Positions 12,400-24,625 of a stretch of 64,000 bases of DNA are shown piece by piece. The notes beneath the pieces are model-generated. The model was given only the letters and a program-made list of their open reading frames with translations. It ran no database searches and was not told where the DNA came from. How positions within the stretch are numbered: the stretch's first letter is position 1; each line of letters begins with the position of its first letter. Where the stretch lies: NCBI GenBank assembly GCA_002256025.1, contig NKIB01012477.1, positions 1 to 64,000 on the forward strand, read 5' to 3'. This stretch comes from Asterionella formosa (Eukaryota). The translations under genes and the position numbers were made by a program.

Positions 12400-13130
12400 A
12401 TTTGAACTCGTAATGGTTCCGCACACAGCGCACAAAGTAAATCCGTTTTGTCGAGTTCAGCATGACAATCTCGCCAATCAACCCGTAAACAAACACATTC
12501 TACTTGTTCTCGTTGACATTTTCAATTCTCACATGATACTAAAACTACTATTGAGATTCAGCATAGAAGGAGATACGAAAATGTGCGTAATAGACTACTG
12601 TCCACATAGCTATAGTTATAGAATGATTCTGATTAGAACGCATTTCATTTTCATATCGCTCGCTCGTTTCTGCATTTGGCATACTGTACTTGAATTAACT
12701 ATTGAACTTGTCCGCATCTTTGATACCATCAAGAGAGCGAAAGCAAGTGGCTCTTTTCATTGTTGTTTGCTCGTAGGAAAAATTTGATATCTGTATCGTC
12801 ATTTGCTTGTTGGAATTGTCCGTTGCCTCAAACCTGCTCGGCGTGTGCGTACACACACTGTCGACTTGTTTTCAATGGTATGTTGTTCTTGTATTCACTG
12901 TTGAACTTGTCCGCATCTTTGTTAACATCAATAGAGCGACAAGTGGGTGTCTTCATTGTTGTTTACTCCTGGAAAAGTCGGTGTCAGTGTCATCCTCATC
13001 GATAGAGAGACAAGTTCTTTCGCTGGAAAAATTGGTACCCGTGGTATCATCATTCGCTCGTTGGAACCACTGTCCGTTGCCTTAAACCTGATTAGCGTGT
13101 GAGTACCGGCATGTGCACTGTCGACTTTAG
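12400..13130 (-). pseudogene. Degenerate ORF with internal duplication and Cys-rich C-terminus
   Basis: Duplicated blocks: gaacttgtccgcatctttg at ~12705 and ~12903; tgtccgttgcct.aaacctg...cactgtcgact at ~12817 and ~13071. Minus-strand ECVCLRVDWRDCHAELDKTDLLCALCAEPL near 12410-12500. Confidence 0.35.
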
Positions 13131-14113
13131 TACATTACAGGCGGAGTGACTTCGCTACTAAATTGCATGATATAATAATATACCCTGTAGCATGATGCAG
13201 AATACAGTTGCTTCCCAATCATCTCATCATGATTGATTATATGATAATATGATAATGTGATATCATGATAGCAGGGTTACATCGATGCATACATCACCAA
13301 AGTATGATACGTAATAATGAATAAAGTACATCAGATAGCTATGATGCATTGATCATGAAACTGTGATGATTTCTTAAAATGTATATGATATAATTTTGAT
13401 CAAAATATGATTATGTTAAAATAGTACAATGACAATAAAATACGATAAAATATGTACGCAAAAGTTACCAAGACACCACAGAAAATAAATCAAGCAATCA
13501 TAAAGTATGTTAATTAATATATATGTTGTTCGTTTAATGTATACAGTTAAAGTCAACAGTTAATATGATAGTATTATATGGTGGATAGGATCTAAGTATA
13601 CGGATGTGTTGATATGTACATCACTATAATATGATTTGTGATATGGATTGATGCATATCACGTACCGTTATCCTCAACAACCAGCCATCACGTTCATTGC
13701 CATGTCATCTTTCGTTGTTTTAGCTATATATATGCCGGCATGTGTATTGTGTAAAATCTATGCTGGCGGAACATGCATATTACACTGTGCTCTGTTCAAC
13801 AATTACTACACTCGGTTACCATCACACCAGTTCCACCTCCACAAGCGCTGCAATAAGCTCCGCGTTTCCCTTCCACTGTTTTACATCATTGTCTTCTGGC
13901 CCTTTGACAACTTTCCAAATGGCATTTCACGGATATCATGGAAAGGATCAGTCAAACAAGAAAGGAGACTTACTTCCATTGTTTACACTACACGACTTTA
14001 TGTTTTCGGAAAAGAAGATGAAGAAACTTATGAAATCAATCAATCGAAGATTCCTTTGAATACACTCAAAGATCAAATGAATTTGAACAGATTCATAATA
14101 CTCCAGAAAAATA

Positions 14114-16075
14114 ATGAATTATGCTGATAGAATAGTGGCTGAGATTGAAAAGAAGGAAAGATTGCTTTCGAAGAGGAAACCCAAACAGTTGATCTTCGTG
14201 GATGAAGACTCTATTCGTACAGAGTCACAGTTCCACCATCCAGTGTCGTATTTTGCTCCTCATTCTACCGAATTCGCTGATAATGAAGAAGAACTCAGTG
14301 ATTCTCATTCATTTGATGAACAAATTCTTGCGTTGAATGAAAATATCGGCGGAAATGTGGCAGACAACACTTCAGAAGTAGAAATGGTTGAAAAATTGCA
14401 AAACCAAGAAACATATCTCACTATCCGTCCAGAACATCAAGATGAACATCATGAAAGCAGAGAAAATATTGCATTTCTAAATGAACAGATATGCAAGAAA
14501 AAGTCTGAGCAAGATCAAGACCTCGAATTCAAGAAGATCAATGCAGACAGAGATGTGATGCTGGCTAAGGCAGTTGCTGCTCTGAATAGGGAACGAAGTC
14601 AGAAACACAAAATTGAATCTTTTTCCAAATCATACATGGAAGAAAAAGAATTTCTTTGTAAAATGATTGAAAACAATCCAGAAGGCAGCTACTTTTGTGA
14701 AGAGTCGACATGTGAAATGTGTAGAGTTAGTATGCCAAAGCAAACGGCATTTTCCTTGAGTTTGCCGAAATCGCATGGACAACTAAAATTGTGGAAAGAG
14801 TTGTACACTCGTACCCCGCAAGATATATGCAATTACGCCTCTGTATTTTATGGAGTCAAAGGTATCAAAAAATCATCTTCAGATTTTAAAGATCATGCAT
14901 ATTGGGACCTTGAAACAATTACCTCTATGATCCATTATATAATTCATGAACTTCATCCAATTGTAAAGGTTATATTTGATCTGGATGATAACCCAGAAAA
15001 GGGTAATAATAATCCATATATATACCAAGGTGATTGTCATCCACTTCATCACGAAAGTAACTATGTGCTAATTGTGTATTGCAAAAGATCAGATGAGGAG
15101 GAAAACAATCATTTTGTGCATTATCTTTTTGCTATAATGATGGATTATGTCAAGTCTGTGATCCAGGAAAAGATGCAAGTTTGGATGAACATTATGATCA
15201 AGTATTTCACCTTGCCCGTAAGTACTGCATCATCCCGGGATGCAGAAAAGAATTGGAATTGTTATGCACCGATACAGGATATCTTCCACAAGAATCCCAT
15301 ATACCTGAAGAAATTGGGTTCTCGGAATCTTTCTATACTGGCACCAAAGCACCATTGCAGATCAATATGGCCACTGAACATGATTCCATGTTATTTCAAC
15401 CAGAAGAAGAAGATGGATGGTCATGTGGACCTATTACAATTGTGAAAGTGTTGGAAACTCTATTGCAATTAGAAAGGAATGGCAAAACCAAATTTCTTGG
15501 CAAACGGGCACATTTACGTTTGGAGACTGAGTCCTGGCAAGCTTTAAAACGTCGGTGGCAGCAACGGATCGAAAAGACGATTTCTTATCCATTACATCTG
15601 ACCCACCAACCAAGTCAACATACTTTCATCTTGGAACAATTTGGCCTCAAGTGACAACGACAAATTCTCGTGAGGATATGTTTCAGTTGGAAATACAGTA
15701 ACTGTTCTTCAATTTTGTATCGACAAAATTTTGACATCCTATTTAGATTTAAAAATGTTGAACGAAGTATTTGGACGAGTTCCTTGCAACTCTTCGTTGA
15801 AGAAGGATGAAGTTGTCTACGTAAAATCCATGATACAACAAAGTAATGACAAACTTGCTCCCTTCAAATGGTATAATCATGCACCTCTTGGCCAAATTTC
15901 CGGATGCATCAAAATTGACAAAAAGTTGAAAGAAAATTTTGTATCTGATGATTGGAATCAACTTGAAGAATTTTGCAGACTCATATCGAACTGCAGTTGA
16001 AAAGTGGAGAAGCAAATTTTCGGACGAAACGAGAAGGACCATCTTAGGTTCTTTGGGAGTGAAAAAGAACAAATA
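14114..16075 (+). pseudogene. Frameshifted Ulp1/C48-like cysteine peptidase gene (transposon cargo)
   Basis: The 443-aa ORF reaches NNHFVHY (catalytic His). The overlapping frame supplies VCDPG (Asp) and FQPEEEDGWSCGP (Gln/Cys, QxDGxSCG-type). Frameshift near 15127. Confidence 0.6.
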
Positions 16076-16194
16076 ATGGACCATTGGATAATCATTTCTT
16101 AGGAAATTGTAGTTTGTGAAAACCTCATAATAACCAATTTAGTATGCGAAAGTATATTGTTACCATTATCATTTATATTATTCTTATATATTTA

Positions 16195-17190
16195 TCAACG
16201 TTCGCTTGTTAGTTTTTGGTCCCACCCGATTGATTTCCATAAATTACGTGGAGGCATGGCAACATAAAAATTATCTTTCCGTATCTGTTCCAAAACTTCT
16301 TGCGGTTTCAGAGATTTCCTTGATTCCTGTGGTTTCAAAGCAGGAACAACAAATGCTGCCAAAAGTATGTTATGAAATTCAACAATGCTCAATTCAGTTG
16401 TATCATTGCATAAGGTGTCTCCTCGCTCTTGCAAAACATTTATGAATTTTCATTTCAGTTGAACTTTTCAAGGAAAAAATACACGCTAAGAGAATGGTTG
16501 TTGTGTTGGAGAAAATAACATTTCCCCAAAGAAGTAGTTTTGCAGGAACTGTGTAGGAACTTGATCCATCTCCCTTCTCCCAGTTCACTTCGACCCAGTC
16601 AAACCATTCACGACCAGAGATTCCTGCCTTTGAATCATTATTCCATTTCGGATGGCATCTGAAAATAGTAGTTTGGCCGGGAACGTTACTTTCAATTTTA
16701 ACATGATAATAAAAGTCAATCCTTACAATGGAAACTGCTCAGGCCCAACCCCGCCCATCTTCAAGATTTTTGATTCTTGCTATTTGTATTGCTGAATTCG
16801 CAGTGCTCTTAACGTAGTTGGCCCCCTTTGGTAAATCAGGATGAACCAATTGAGACAAGGGTGCATCCTTACTCCGTGATACATGCCCAATCTTATTAGG
16901 GACACCTGCTATAGTCCATAGACCATTTGATGATGAAGCAGAACATTGAACTTAAACAGGAAGGGCTGGTGAATGGATTTTGGTAGGCGATATTCCCAAA
17001 GTTTCAGGCGATGTACTAGGCAACATCCTTGTATCCAGAATCATTCCTTCGAAATCAATTTCTGTAGAAATACCCTCAGTTTTTTAATATGTACTACTTT
17101 ACTCATCTTCTTTTGTTTGTTTTCTGTATGTATTGAATCACTTACAAAAACAATTTTTCGTGCCAAGGCAAACTGCCTTGTTTCATAAAA
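16195..17190 (-). pseudogene. 3' part of a Plavaka/CACTA-like transposase
   Basis: Manual translation TTIFRCHPKWN...GREWFDWVEVNWE...TVPAKLLLW matches the FRxHP...WxDW.xV.W...PA+L signature I associate with Plavaka-type C-terminal domains. Confidence 0.6.
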
Positions 17191-17194
17191 GAAT

Positions 17195-17872
17195 CCTAAA
17201 AGAATCATCTCCTTCCTTGTCATCTTATTGTTGTTTTTATCCCTGAAGCAAGCTATACCTTGAAGCTCATCTCTTTCCAACAATGTTTTTAAAGATTTGG
17301 GTGAAGGACAAGTTGGGCGCAGCATTTCTATGGTTGCAATTCCGAACAAATTCTTATTTTTGGGATTGGCAACATGCAGTCATTTCCTTGCATCATACAA
17401 TGTTGATCTTGGAACTCTGTGAGTGCGCACAATATTTGCCTCATTCCCCCCTCCCATGATGTTCAATTCTTCCAACAGTACTTTGATGTTACCAGGCAAA
17501 TTCCAGTTCTTGTATCGACAGCAATGATTCTTCTTCGAAACCAGAGATTGACTCACTAAATTTTCAACATCATTCATTTCTTCTGTAATCACTGAATGGC
17601 TGCGCTTCTTGGCCTTGGTTGCCTTCATTGTTGTAGTTATCGCTTTTGCTATTACTGTCACTTGTTTCTGATGAGACAAATCAGACTGATCCTTTGGAAG
17701 TCGTCGGCGCTGTAAAGGAATCCATCTAACAGAACAAGTAAACAAGAAAATGAGCACTTTGCAAGCAATAACTCTGGACGTCCATTCTTACTGGCATTGT
17801 TACTCACCCTCGTATGTCACCTGACCCTTTCAGCCTTGCCTGTTCTTGCCTAGTTTTTGGCCTCCCAGACAT
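17195..17872 (-). pseudogene. pogo-like transposase N-terminus (psq-type HTH plus CENP-B-like HTH), spliced
   Basis: ATG at 17872 (MSGRPKTRQEQARLKGSGDIRG). Intron 17807-17727 (GTGAGT...TTAG) splices in frame to WIPLQRRR. Then HRVPRSTLYD (HTH_psq-like) and RDKNNNKMTRKEMI (HTH_Tnp_Tc5-like). Confidence 0.65.
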
Positions 17873-18784
17873 GGTTTGATTGTTGCAATTGAATGTGCAG
17901 TGAGCAAGAAGAGTAAGTGACACAAATTAAAGAAGATGATAAACATTCATTCAGCAGTGCGCAAAAATACTGAGTTTGCGATGTACATAAAAATTTTTGT
18001 ACTGCTATTGCGTACCTTTGAACGACGGATTCGGGTAGCGCGCACCAGCAGCATTCGAAATCATTTATAATAATGAAAAAATATTCATAATTGAATGAAC
18101 TAAAAATAATACAAGATACTATGGAAGTTCTACGGGGGCTGTACCACAAAGTCAAATCCAAAATTGGTCAGGGTGCCGGTTTGGTCAGGTCAACTCTACC
18201 AAAAGCTGTTACGTAGAATCGTTGATTATCAGTTGTTTTCATCTCTTCCTTCGGCCGGAAAAGGAGAACTATTTTGAGTTTGGAGAAAATAAAGCAACGT
18301 AAGCAAGACTTGCTAACTTTTTGCTTACTTTTGCTTCGGGCCGCCCCTCTATTGCCCCAGGCATTGTCATTTTCTTTTTCAGCCATTTGCCTCGTTTTGA
18401 TGTTTCTGTGTTTAGACGAAATAATTATTTACGTCACTAGATAACAAGGCATGATACTGCCTGTCGACTCAACGAGAGAGTTAATGACGTTCTCTATTTA
18501 TCCTTTTTGATCGCCTGTCCTGCATCACGTTGTCCATTTCAGTAGAATGACCGAAACTTGGTTGTATCAGTCGTACTGGCCAGTCCATGCTGTACGAGTC
18601 GACTCTCCCACGAGATGACTCAATTGCATATCACATTTTACGCTTATGTAGCAACCGCTTAAAAGCAAATAAATACCTACATACTTTTTAATGGCCGCAA
18701 GTTGTGTTGTAATGGAAGCACTCGTTCTTTTGTATTAGATAGAAGCAGACACTATATAGGAATAAGAAACAAGAACAGCAAAGG

Positions 18785-21700
18785 ATGCATCCCAACGAGT
18801 TGGACCTCTGCCGTACCGCCTTGGCGACTCTGACATCCGTTGAACACTCCAGAAAGAATTATCTATTTCTCTCTCCCGTCTCGCTCGATGTCGTTCCTGG
18901 TTACTTGAGCATTGTCCCCAAGCCTATGGATCTTGCCACAGTTGGCAAGCAGTTAGAAGCTGGCATCTACTTGACTTCGAACGAGTTTTGGGACGATGTC
19001 AAATTAACGTTTGATAACGCGATTGCCTATCATGCACAACAAAAAACAACAGCGTGGATATGTAAAGTTGCGGAGCAAATGAGCAGGTTATATTTGAAAG
19101 AGAGAGCGAAAATGGAACGAAAGAGTAGTGGTACTGCAACAAAGAAGAAGTCTAGTGGCTTAAAACTTAAGTTGTCAACTGCAGTCAAGAACGAACCTCC
19201 TTCGGACGGTACTGGATATGATCCTATAGCTCCTCCATCAAAGGCAAAAGTTTCGTTGAAACTGAAAGCGCCTGTGGTTGATCTAGATGCTACTGCCCCA
19301 AAGCCGAAATTAAAATTGACCTTGTCTTTGGGAAAAACCAAAATCACGACGCCGAAATCTGTCTCGACAATGAGCACTGCGAACACCATCATTACCCCAA
19401 AAGCCATCACGACGACTGCGGCATCCAAGTCAAGCACTCCCAAGTCACCGCAAAAGGAGAAAAAGGTAGCGACCAAAATACGACTGTCGGCACAAATTCG
19501 AGGCAAGGAATTGCCAAAGGGAGTAGGCGACGCGACCATAGAATCCCAGCCACCATCCCCCAAAGTACTAGTGGCTCCTAGACCCACGACAGCCAAAGCA
19601 ACAGCTACCAAATCAGGAGAGAAGAAAGCAGTCAAATTAAAAAAGATAACAAACATTGCCAGAAAAGGCGATGCCAAATCTGCCACCACTTTGAACCTCA
19701 AAACAAAGACAAGCTCTGCCTCGTCAATCACCAATAGCATGACGGAAAAGCGCAAGGCCCAATGTTTCAAAGTCATCGCTGGTCTCAAGAGGCGAAAACA
19801 AAAAGATATTGTGTGGTTCCTCCAACCCGTTTCCGATAAAGCCATTGTTGATGACTACAAGGCCAAGATTAATGATGCTATGGATTTGGGAACGATCACG
19901 CTTAAGTTGGAAAAGGACGATTATAGAGATTTGAATGAATTTGTTCTCGACTTGCGAAGAATCTTCGCAAATTGCTTGCGATACAATACCAGCATAAAGG
20001 ATTCCTTCCGACCCCTGGGTAGAGATATGTTAATTGCAGCTGAGCAGCTAATGGCGCATTTTATTGGAGAGGCTGAATGCACGTATACACAACTCTTATA
20101 TTGCTGGCGCCTATGCTTGGGAATTTTGGATGCCTTGTTGAACGTGACAAACCCATCAGATGGACATCAAACAGTGCACTACTTTTTGCATCCAGTATCG
20201 TTTTTCTTTGGTGGTGTCTACCCTCCAGACTACTTGGATAAAATTACGAAACCAATGGACTTTGGGACAGTCACGTCGAATTTGTTAGAAGGTAGTTATC
20301 AAACTGTCAAGGATTTTGCTGATGATTGTCGGCTCGTTGTTGAGAATTGCATGACATACTATTCCGACAAAGCGGATGGGAAGCTTTTCACTGATCAAGC
20401 TGGGAGACTGCATGCGCTGATCAATCAGCAGCTGGTGGCATTGGAACGATATGATTTGAGTGACAAGGCCCAGGAAGCTCGGGTACAAGCGATTTCCTGG
20501 AAGAATGTTGTCATGGACAAGCCACCAAAGGATTTATTGTTAGAAATACTGGAAGAATTACGAACTGTGCAATATACTGATCGTTTGACAAAACTCTCTG
20601 AGCCTGCCATGCGGCCCTTTGAAAAAGTCGTGGACTTGAATGTCTATCGTGATTATTTGCAGTGCGTCCGCGTACCAATGTGTCTCGAACAAATTGAACG
20701 AAAGATAAAGATGGAACAGTATCTCACTCCAGAAGACTTCGAATATGACGTGCATTTGATTTTCAAGAACTGCGAAGCATACAACGCTCCAAAGAATTCA
20801 GAACACATGGTCGCGATGGCAAAGTACGGAACTAAAGTTTTCCGTAAACTATTTATTCAGAGAATGAAAGCCCATGAAAATCCAGAAGCCGCCGTCGAAA
20901 AGAAGCGTGCAAATTCACCAGTACCTTCGACAGAGCAAGCCCTGAAGAAAGTCAAGGTTGTGCCTGCTGCCACACAGGTTGGACCTCGTGTCTCCTTTGG
21001 GTCGATGAGTGTGTCCACCTCAACAGTTGCAGGTAGCGCACGTCCGAAATCGGTTTCTCCCAAGCCCCCATCGGGATTCAGCGGCAAACAAAAAAGTGGA
21101 GTAGTTGCAATATCAAATTTAAAACCAAATCAACCTGTGCCACTGCATGTTGCAATTGCTCAAGTGAAGGAGCGCTTCCCATTAAGGCGGCCCTACAAGC
21201 TTCTCCAAACTTGGGAAGGATCATGTGCCAAGTTCTTTAAAGAACTCATGCGACATCCATGGATATCCGCAGCTCGACCCAAGTTCATCTTTCATGTTCC
21301 TGTACCAGTCCTCTTTCCAGAGTTGAGAGAAGCTTATGTCAACAAGGTGCAGCGTCCGATGGATTTAACCACTTCGGAAGCCAAGTTGCTTCAAGGCGGA
21401 CTTTATTCAAGTCCCCAAGACTTTGTTGACGATGTAGCGTTGGTTTTTGCAAATGCAATCACCTTCAACAAGGCTGGTCGAGATGAAGGCGACCCCCTTT
21501 CGATTGCATACTACGACGCCTCCATTCATCTTTTGCGATACACCCGCTGGCTGTCATTGGAATGGCTGGACATGTACCTTTCTGAAGATCCTCATGTGGA
21601 CCCGGTTGGTGAAGGTAATATGCCGCCATCGAGCTGGACGCTTTCGAACGGCAATCGCCGAAAGAGCCGAGAAGAAATGGACCTTATAGTTTTGCAAGAG

Positions 21701-22681
21701 CAAATTGAAAAATCATTTGAAGGTGATCGATACACCTGGATGGAGACAGAATGCGAAAAGTTGCTGAAGTCGTTGCGCCATCAATCTGATTTGCGCTATA
21801 TGACATTCTTCCTTCAGCCTACCTTCCCTCCCGACTACACAGCATACATCTCAAAACCAATTGCTTGGGAAAACTGCAACAAAGCATTACAGAAGCGACA
21901 ATATGAACGAATGGGTGAAATTATTGAAGACTTACGCTTGATTTTCGTCAATGCACTGAAATATAACTCTCGTCACCAGGGTTTAGATACTGTGTCTGGA
22001 AAGGCTTACGATGCGGCAATTTACATGTCTGCCAAGTTGGAAGCGGCGATTGATAAAATGATGGTAACAGTTGCAGATCGGCTGGAGAGAGAACGAATTG
22101 ACAGTGCAATTTCCGAGCGCGAGTTGGAAGCGCAAGAGCGAGCCGAAGACGATCGCATCAGAGCGGCAATTAAGGATGGATCAATACCGACTATGCAGCC
22201 GAATGTTATTCCGGGACATTCAGGCAAAATGGAGACAGTAGAAACAACCACTCGAGTGTTCAACCGTCGTCCTGCCCGCAAAGAGATCGACTTTGATATC
22301 GCATTTTTGGACGAAGACGATGGTAATCATGAACAATCTCACGTTGAAATGATGCGACAGCAAAAAGAAACTTTTGAGCGACAACGCCAGCAGCACACTG
22401 ATTTGGGATCGTTGGCTCTTTCGACGGGAGGATTGTTGTTTGCTCGGATGGTGCAGTGTGACCAGGCGACACGATGGGTCAAGCGAATGGCACATGTTAG
22501 CGTTAAGCAAAAGGACAAAGTGAAGAAAGAAGAAGAACATATAGATGACGAGGTGGAGAGTCGCTTTGGATCTTCAATCTTAGCGGAACTCGAGAAGTCA
22601 GACCGCACGCAAGTCACTATGAAGCCAATGAAATTGACGAGGAAGCGAAACCGACCATTTCCCAAACTAGATTTTGAGTAA
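18785..22681 (+). CDS. Multi-bromodomain protein (six bromodomains), intronless
   Basis: 1298-aa ORF with six repeats of F..PV...Y...I..PMDL...L....Y...F..D..L.F.N...Y(N). Confidence 0.93.
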   Translation: MHPNELDLCRTALATLTSVEHSRKNYLFLSPVSLDVVPGYLSIVPKPMDLATVGKQLEAGIYLTSNEFWDDVKLTFDNAIAYHAQQKTTAWICKVAEQMSRLYLKERAKMERKSSGTATKKKSSGLKLKLSTAVKNEPPSDGTGYDPIAPPSKAKVSLKLKAPVVDLDATAPKPKLKLTLSLGKTKITTPKSVSTMSTANTIITPKAITTTAASKSSTPKSPQKEKKVATKIRLSAQIRGKELPKGVGDATIESQPPSPKVLVAPRPTTAKATATKSGEKKAVKLKKITNIARKGDAKSATTLNLKTKTSSASSITNSMTEKRKAQCFKVIAGLKRRKQKDIVWFLQPVSDKAIVDDYKAKINDAMDLGTITLKLEKDDYRDLNEFVLDLRRIFANCLRYNTSIKDSFRPLGRDMLIAAEQLMAHFIGEAECTYTQLLYCWRLCLGILDALLNVTNPSDGHQTVHYFLHPVSFFFGGVYPPDYLDKITKPMDFGTVTSNLLEGSYQTVKDFADDCRLVVENCMTYYSDKADGKLFTDQAGRLHALINQQLVALERYDLSDKAQEARVQAISWKNVVMDKPPKDLLLEILEELRTVQYTDRLTKLSEPAMRPFEKVVDLNVYRDYLQCVRVPMCLEQIERKIKMEQYLTPEDFEYDVHLIFKNCEAYNAPKNSEHMVAMAKYGTKVFRKLFIQRMKAHENPEAAVEKKRANSPVPSTEQALKKVKVVPAATQVGPRVSFGSMSVSTSTVAGSARPKSVSPKPPSGFSGKQKSGVVAISNLKPNQPVPLHVAIAQVKERFPLRRPYKLLQTWEGSCAKFFKELMRHPWISAARPKFIFHVPVPVLFPELREAYVNKVQRPMDLTTSEAKLLQGGLYSSPQDFVDDVALVFANAITFNKAGRDEGDPLSIAYYDASIHLLRYTRWLSLEWLDMYLSEDPHVDPVGEGNMPPSSWTLSNGNRRKSREEMDLIVLQEQIEKSFEGDRYTWMETECEKLLKSLRHQSDLRYMTFFLQPTFPPDYTAYISKPIAWENCNKALQKRQYERMGEIIEDLRLIFVNALKYNSRHQGLDTVSGKAYDAAIYMSAKLEAAIDKMMVTVADRLERERIDSAISERELEAQERAEDDRIRAAIKDGSIPTMQPNVIPGHSGKMETVETTTRVFNRRPARKEIDFDIAFLDEDDGNHEQSHVEMMRQQKETFERQRQQHTDLGSLALSTGGLLFARMVQCDQATRWVKRMAHVSVKQKDKVKKEEEHIDDEVESRFGSSILAELEKSDRTQVTMKPMKLTRKRNRPFPKLDFE

Positions 22682-22920
22682 TAATTCGATTGATTTGATC
22701 ACAATGTTCGCGCCTATGTAGCTGGGTATAGATTTCACTTACTTAATGAATTGGGTTCTTTGAGAAACAATGGATTCATGGTGGTACATCCATATCCGTT
22801 CGCCCTTAATGATCACTTGATTCCATATGCTCAGTCTACTCTTGAATATTATCCTCTAGCAAATTATTTCTTCGTCCGTGATGGGGATACGCTTTAATGT
22901 GTGCTTCCTTTTCCTCCCTT

Positions 22921-23925
22921 CTACTGGACAGCACCCCTGCCAGCTGGCTTGTCAATTACACCAATCAACATTGCCACCGCCACAGCACTAGCTGCCCCAT
23001 TCATGACGGCCCCGACAGTGCACAAACTCTTCTGAAAAGCGGCTCCATAAATGCCCACTCGATTAGAATCCTCTTCTTTGGTCAACGCCATGCGGGTAGA
23101 CATACCACTTGCACATGCAGTCAAAGCCCAGGCAATGACTCCACCAAACACGGGTGCAGTTCTTGTCAGAGTGACAAAAATTCCAAGAACTGTGGCTGCT
23201 AGGGCAGATGTGTGTCCAACCAACGCTACTTTTTTGGCCGAAATGTTTAGTTGCATGGCGATGCCTCCGTTCAAATTAACGAGAGTTGCCGCCGTGGTCC
23301 AGCCAAAATGGAGGGAAATGGGAAGCATAAAGAGAGCATATTGCAAATGATTGTAATTCCTAGGATTTCTTGCCAAAACTGCATGAGCTCGACTCAGCGA
23401 ATATGCAGTGCCCCCCAACATACAAGTTGAGATATGCATCCACCAGCCCTTGTATTTAGGGCGAAAGGAAGCGGTCCAAAGCGTTTGAAAGACTTGAGCC
23501 GAAATGTAAGGGGCGGCCATTTGAGACAATATGGGAATCAATGGCGACGCGGCAGGGACAATAAACTGTGATCCGGTCATGAGTAACTCTCCTAAAAAGA
23601 TGGGCCCCCAAATGGCAAAGGCCCATCCAGCTGGTGCCACAAGGGTTCGTCCCCGACGGCCTGTTCCCAATTGTTCCATCTCGTCTTGGCCCGTCATTTT
23701 CTCCTTTCCTTTCTTTTGATCCTCCATCCTTGTAGCTTCTTGGGCTGCACCATCAATACGTCCTGGTTGCATGACGGCGATGAGATTGAGCCAATATGCG
23801 ATTGCTGACATTCCCTTGAGGGTCGTCCAAGATAGTGCCATCGTTTCAAGGTGGGGCAAACATGCGAATGAGGCGGCACCAGCCAAGCCGATAAGCGGCG
23901 GGGAATTCAAGGCAGCTAGCGACAT
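22921..23925 (-). CDS. Polytopic membrane protein, TspO/MBR (tryptophan-rich sensory)-like
   Basis: 334 aa with several hydrophobic helices and motifs APAGWAFAIWGPIF, Q.LW, SLHFGWTTAATLVN and GGVIAWAL. Confidence 0.8.
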   Translation of the reverse strand: MSLAALNSPPLIGLAGAASFACLPHLETMALSWTTLKGMSAIAYWLNLIAVMQPGRIDGAAQEATRMEDQKKGKEKMTGQDEMEQLGTGRRGRTLVAPAGWAFAIWGPIFLGELLMTGSQFIVPAASPLIPILSQMAAPYISAQVFQTLWTASFRPKYKGWWMHISTCMLGGTAYSLSRAHAVLARNPRNYNHLQYALFMLPISLHFGWTTAATLVNLNGGIAMQLNISAKKVALVGHTSALAATVLGIFVTLTRTAPVFGGVIAWALTACASGMSTRMALTKEEDSNRVGIYGAAFQKSLCTVGAVMNGAASAVAVAMLIGVIDKPAGRGAVQ

Positions 23926-24095
23926 TTTGTGGGATCGAAACTGTCAGTTTCATTGATGGTTGGCGCAGTTTGGAACACCGGTGTAATACCAGTTGCACAA
24001 TTGATGTGGACCCGTCGTGTCGCACAAGTGTGCTTTTGAGGCTCCATTAACAATGCCAGGTACCTGGTACTCTGGTACCGGTATGCATTACTGAA

Positions 24096-24240
24096 GGTAA
24101 TACGCAACCGAGGATTGAGACTGCCTGCGAGTATTCTTGTGGCCGGCGCCACTCGTTCGGTCAACCTACTCGCGCCTCCCAAGCCGAGTACACAAGAATA
24201 CGAGTAGGCAGACTCCTCCCGAGTAGGGTATTAATTACCT
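24096..24240. repeat. MITE-like imperfect inverted repeat
   Basis: gagactgcctgcgagtattcttgtg versus cacaagaatacgagtaggcagactc, with weaker outer arms ggtaat.../...attacc. Confidence 0.65.
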
Positions 24241-24459
24241 AGGCAATTCACAAACTAGCTATCGGCTCGCTTTTCGCCACTACATTGCCCTTTCTGGTAA
24301 CATTGAAAAATTTATTTTACATAGTTTGTAATGTTGGATACGAACTCACCCATTGCCCATCATATAAAACTTATATTGGATATTTCATATGTAGAGTTTT
24401 TGGATTACTCAATCCTGCAATTGCCCATCATATAAAACATATTTTGAATATTTCATATG

Positions 24460-24625
24460 CTCCGTTTTTCGACTGCCAAACTACCGGTACCTTCAATATT
24501 TTCAATGGCCCCTAGATTTTATTGCCGAAATCGACTGCCGTTTATTTAAGGGAATTTGATCACTGATATCTACAGCCCCTCAATTGACTGCCGTTTACTT
24601 AAGGAAAATCGACTGCCGAAATTGG
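24460..24625 (+). repeat. Cluster of GACTGCC(G) subterminal-type direct repeats
   Basis: Four gactgcc copies, two of them followed by gtttaYttaagg. The same motif occurs reversed at ~44215-44232. Confidence 0.55.

Noticed and set aside
18435..18450. CACTA pentamer as a CACTA/Plavaka terminus
   Set aside because: Wrong orientation for a right end and no matching partner TIR found.
19030..19845. 271-aa antisense ORF, and similar shadow ORFs within patatin, Vps39-like, Sin3 and DUF6824
   Set aside because: Opposite-strand or alternate-frame shadows of well-supported genes.
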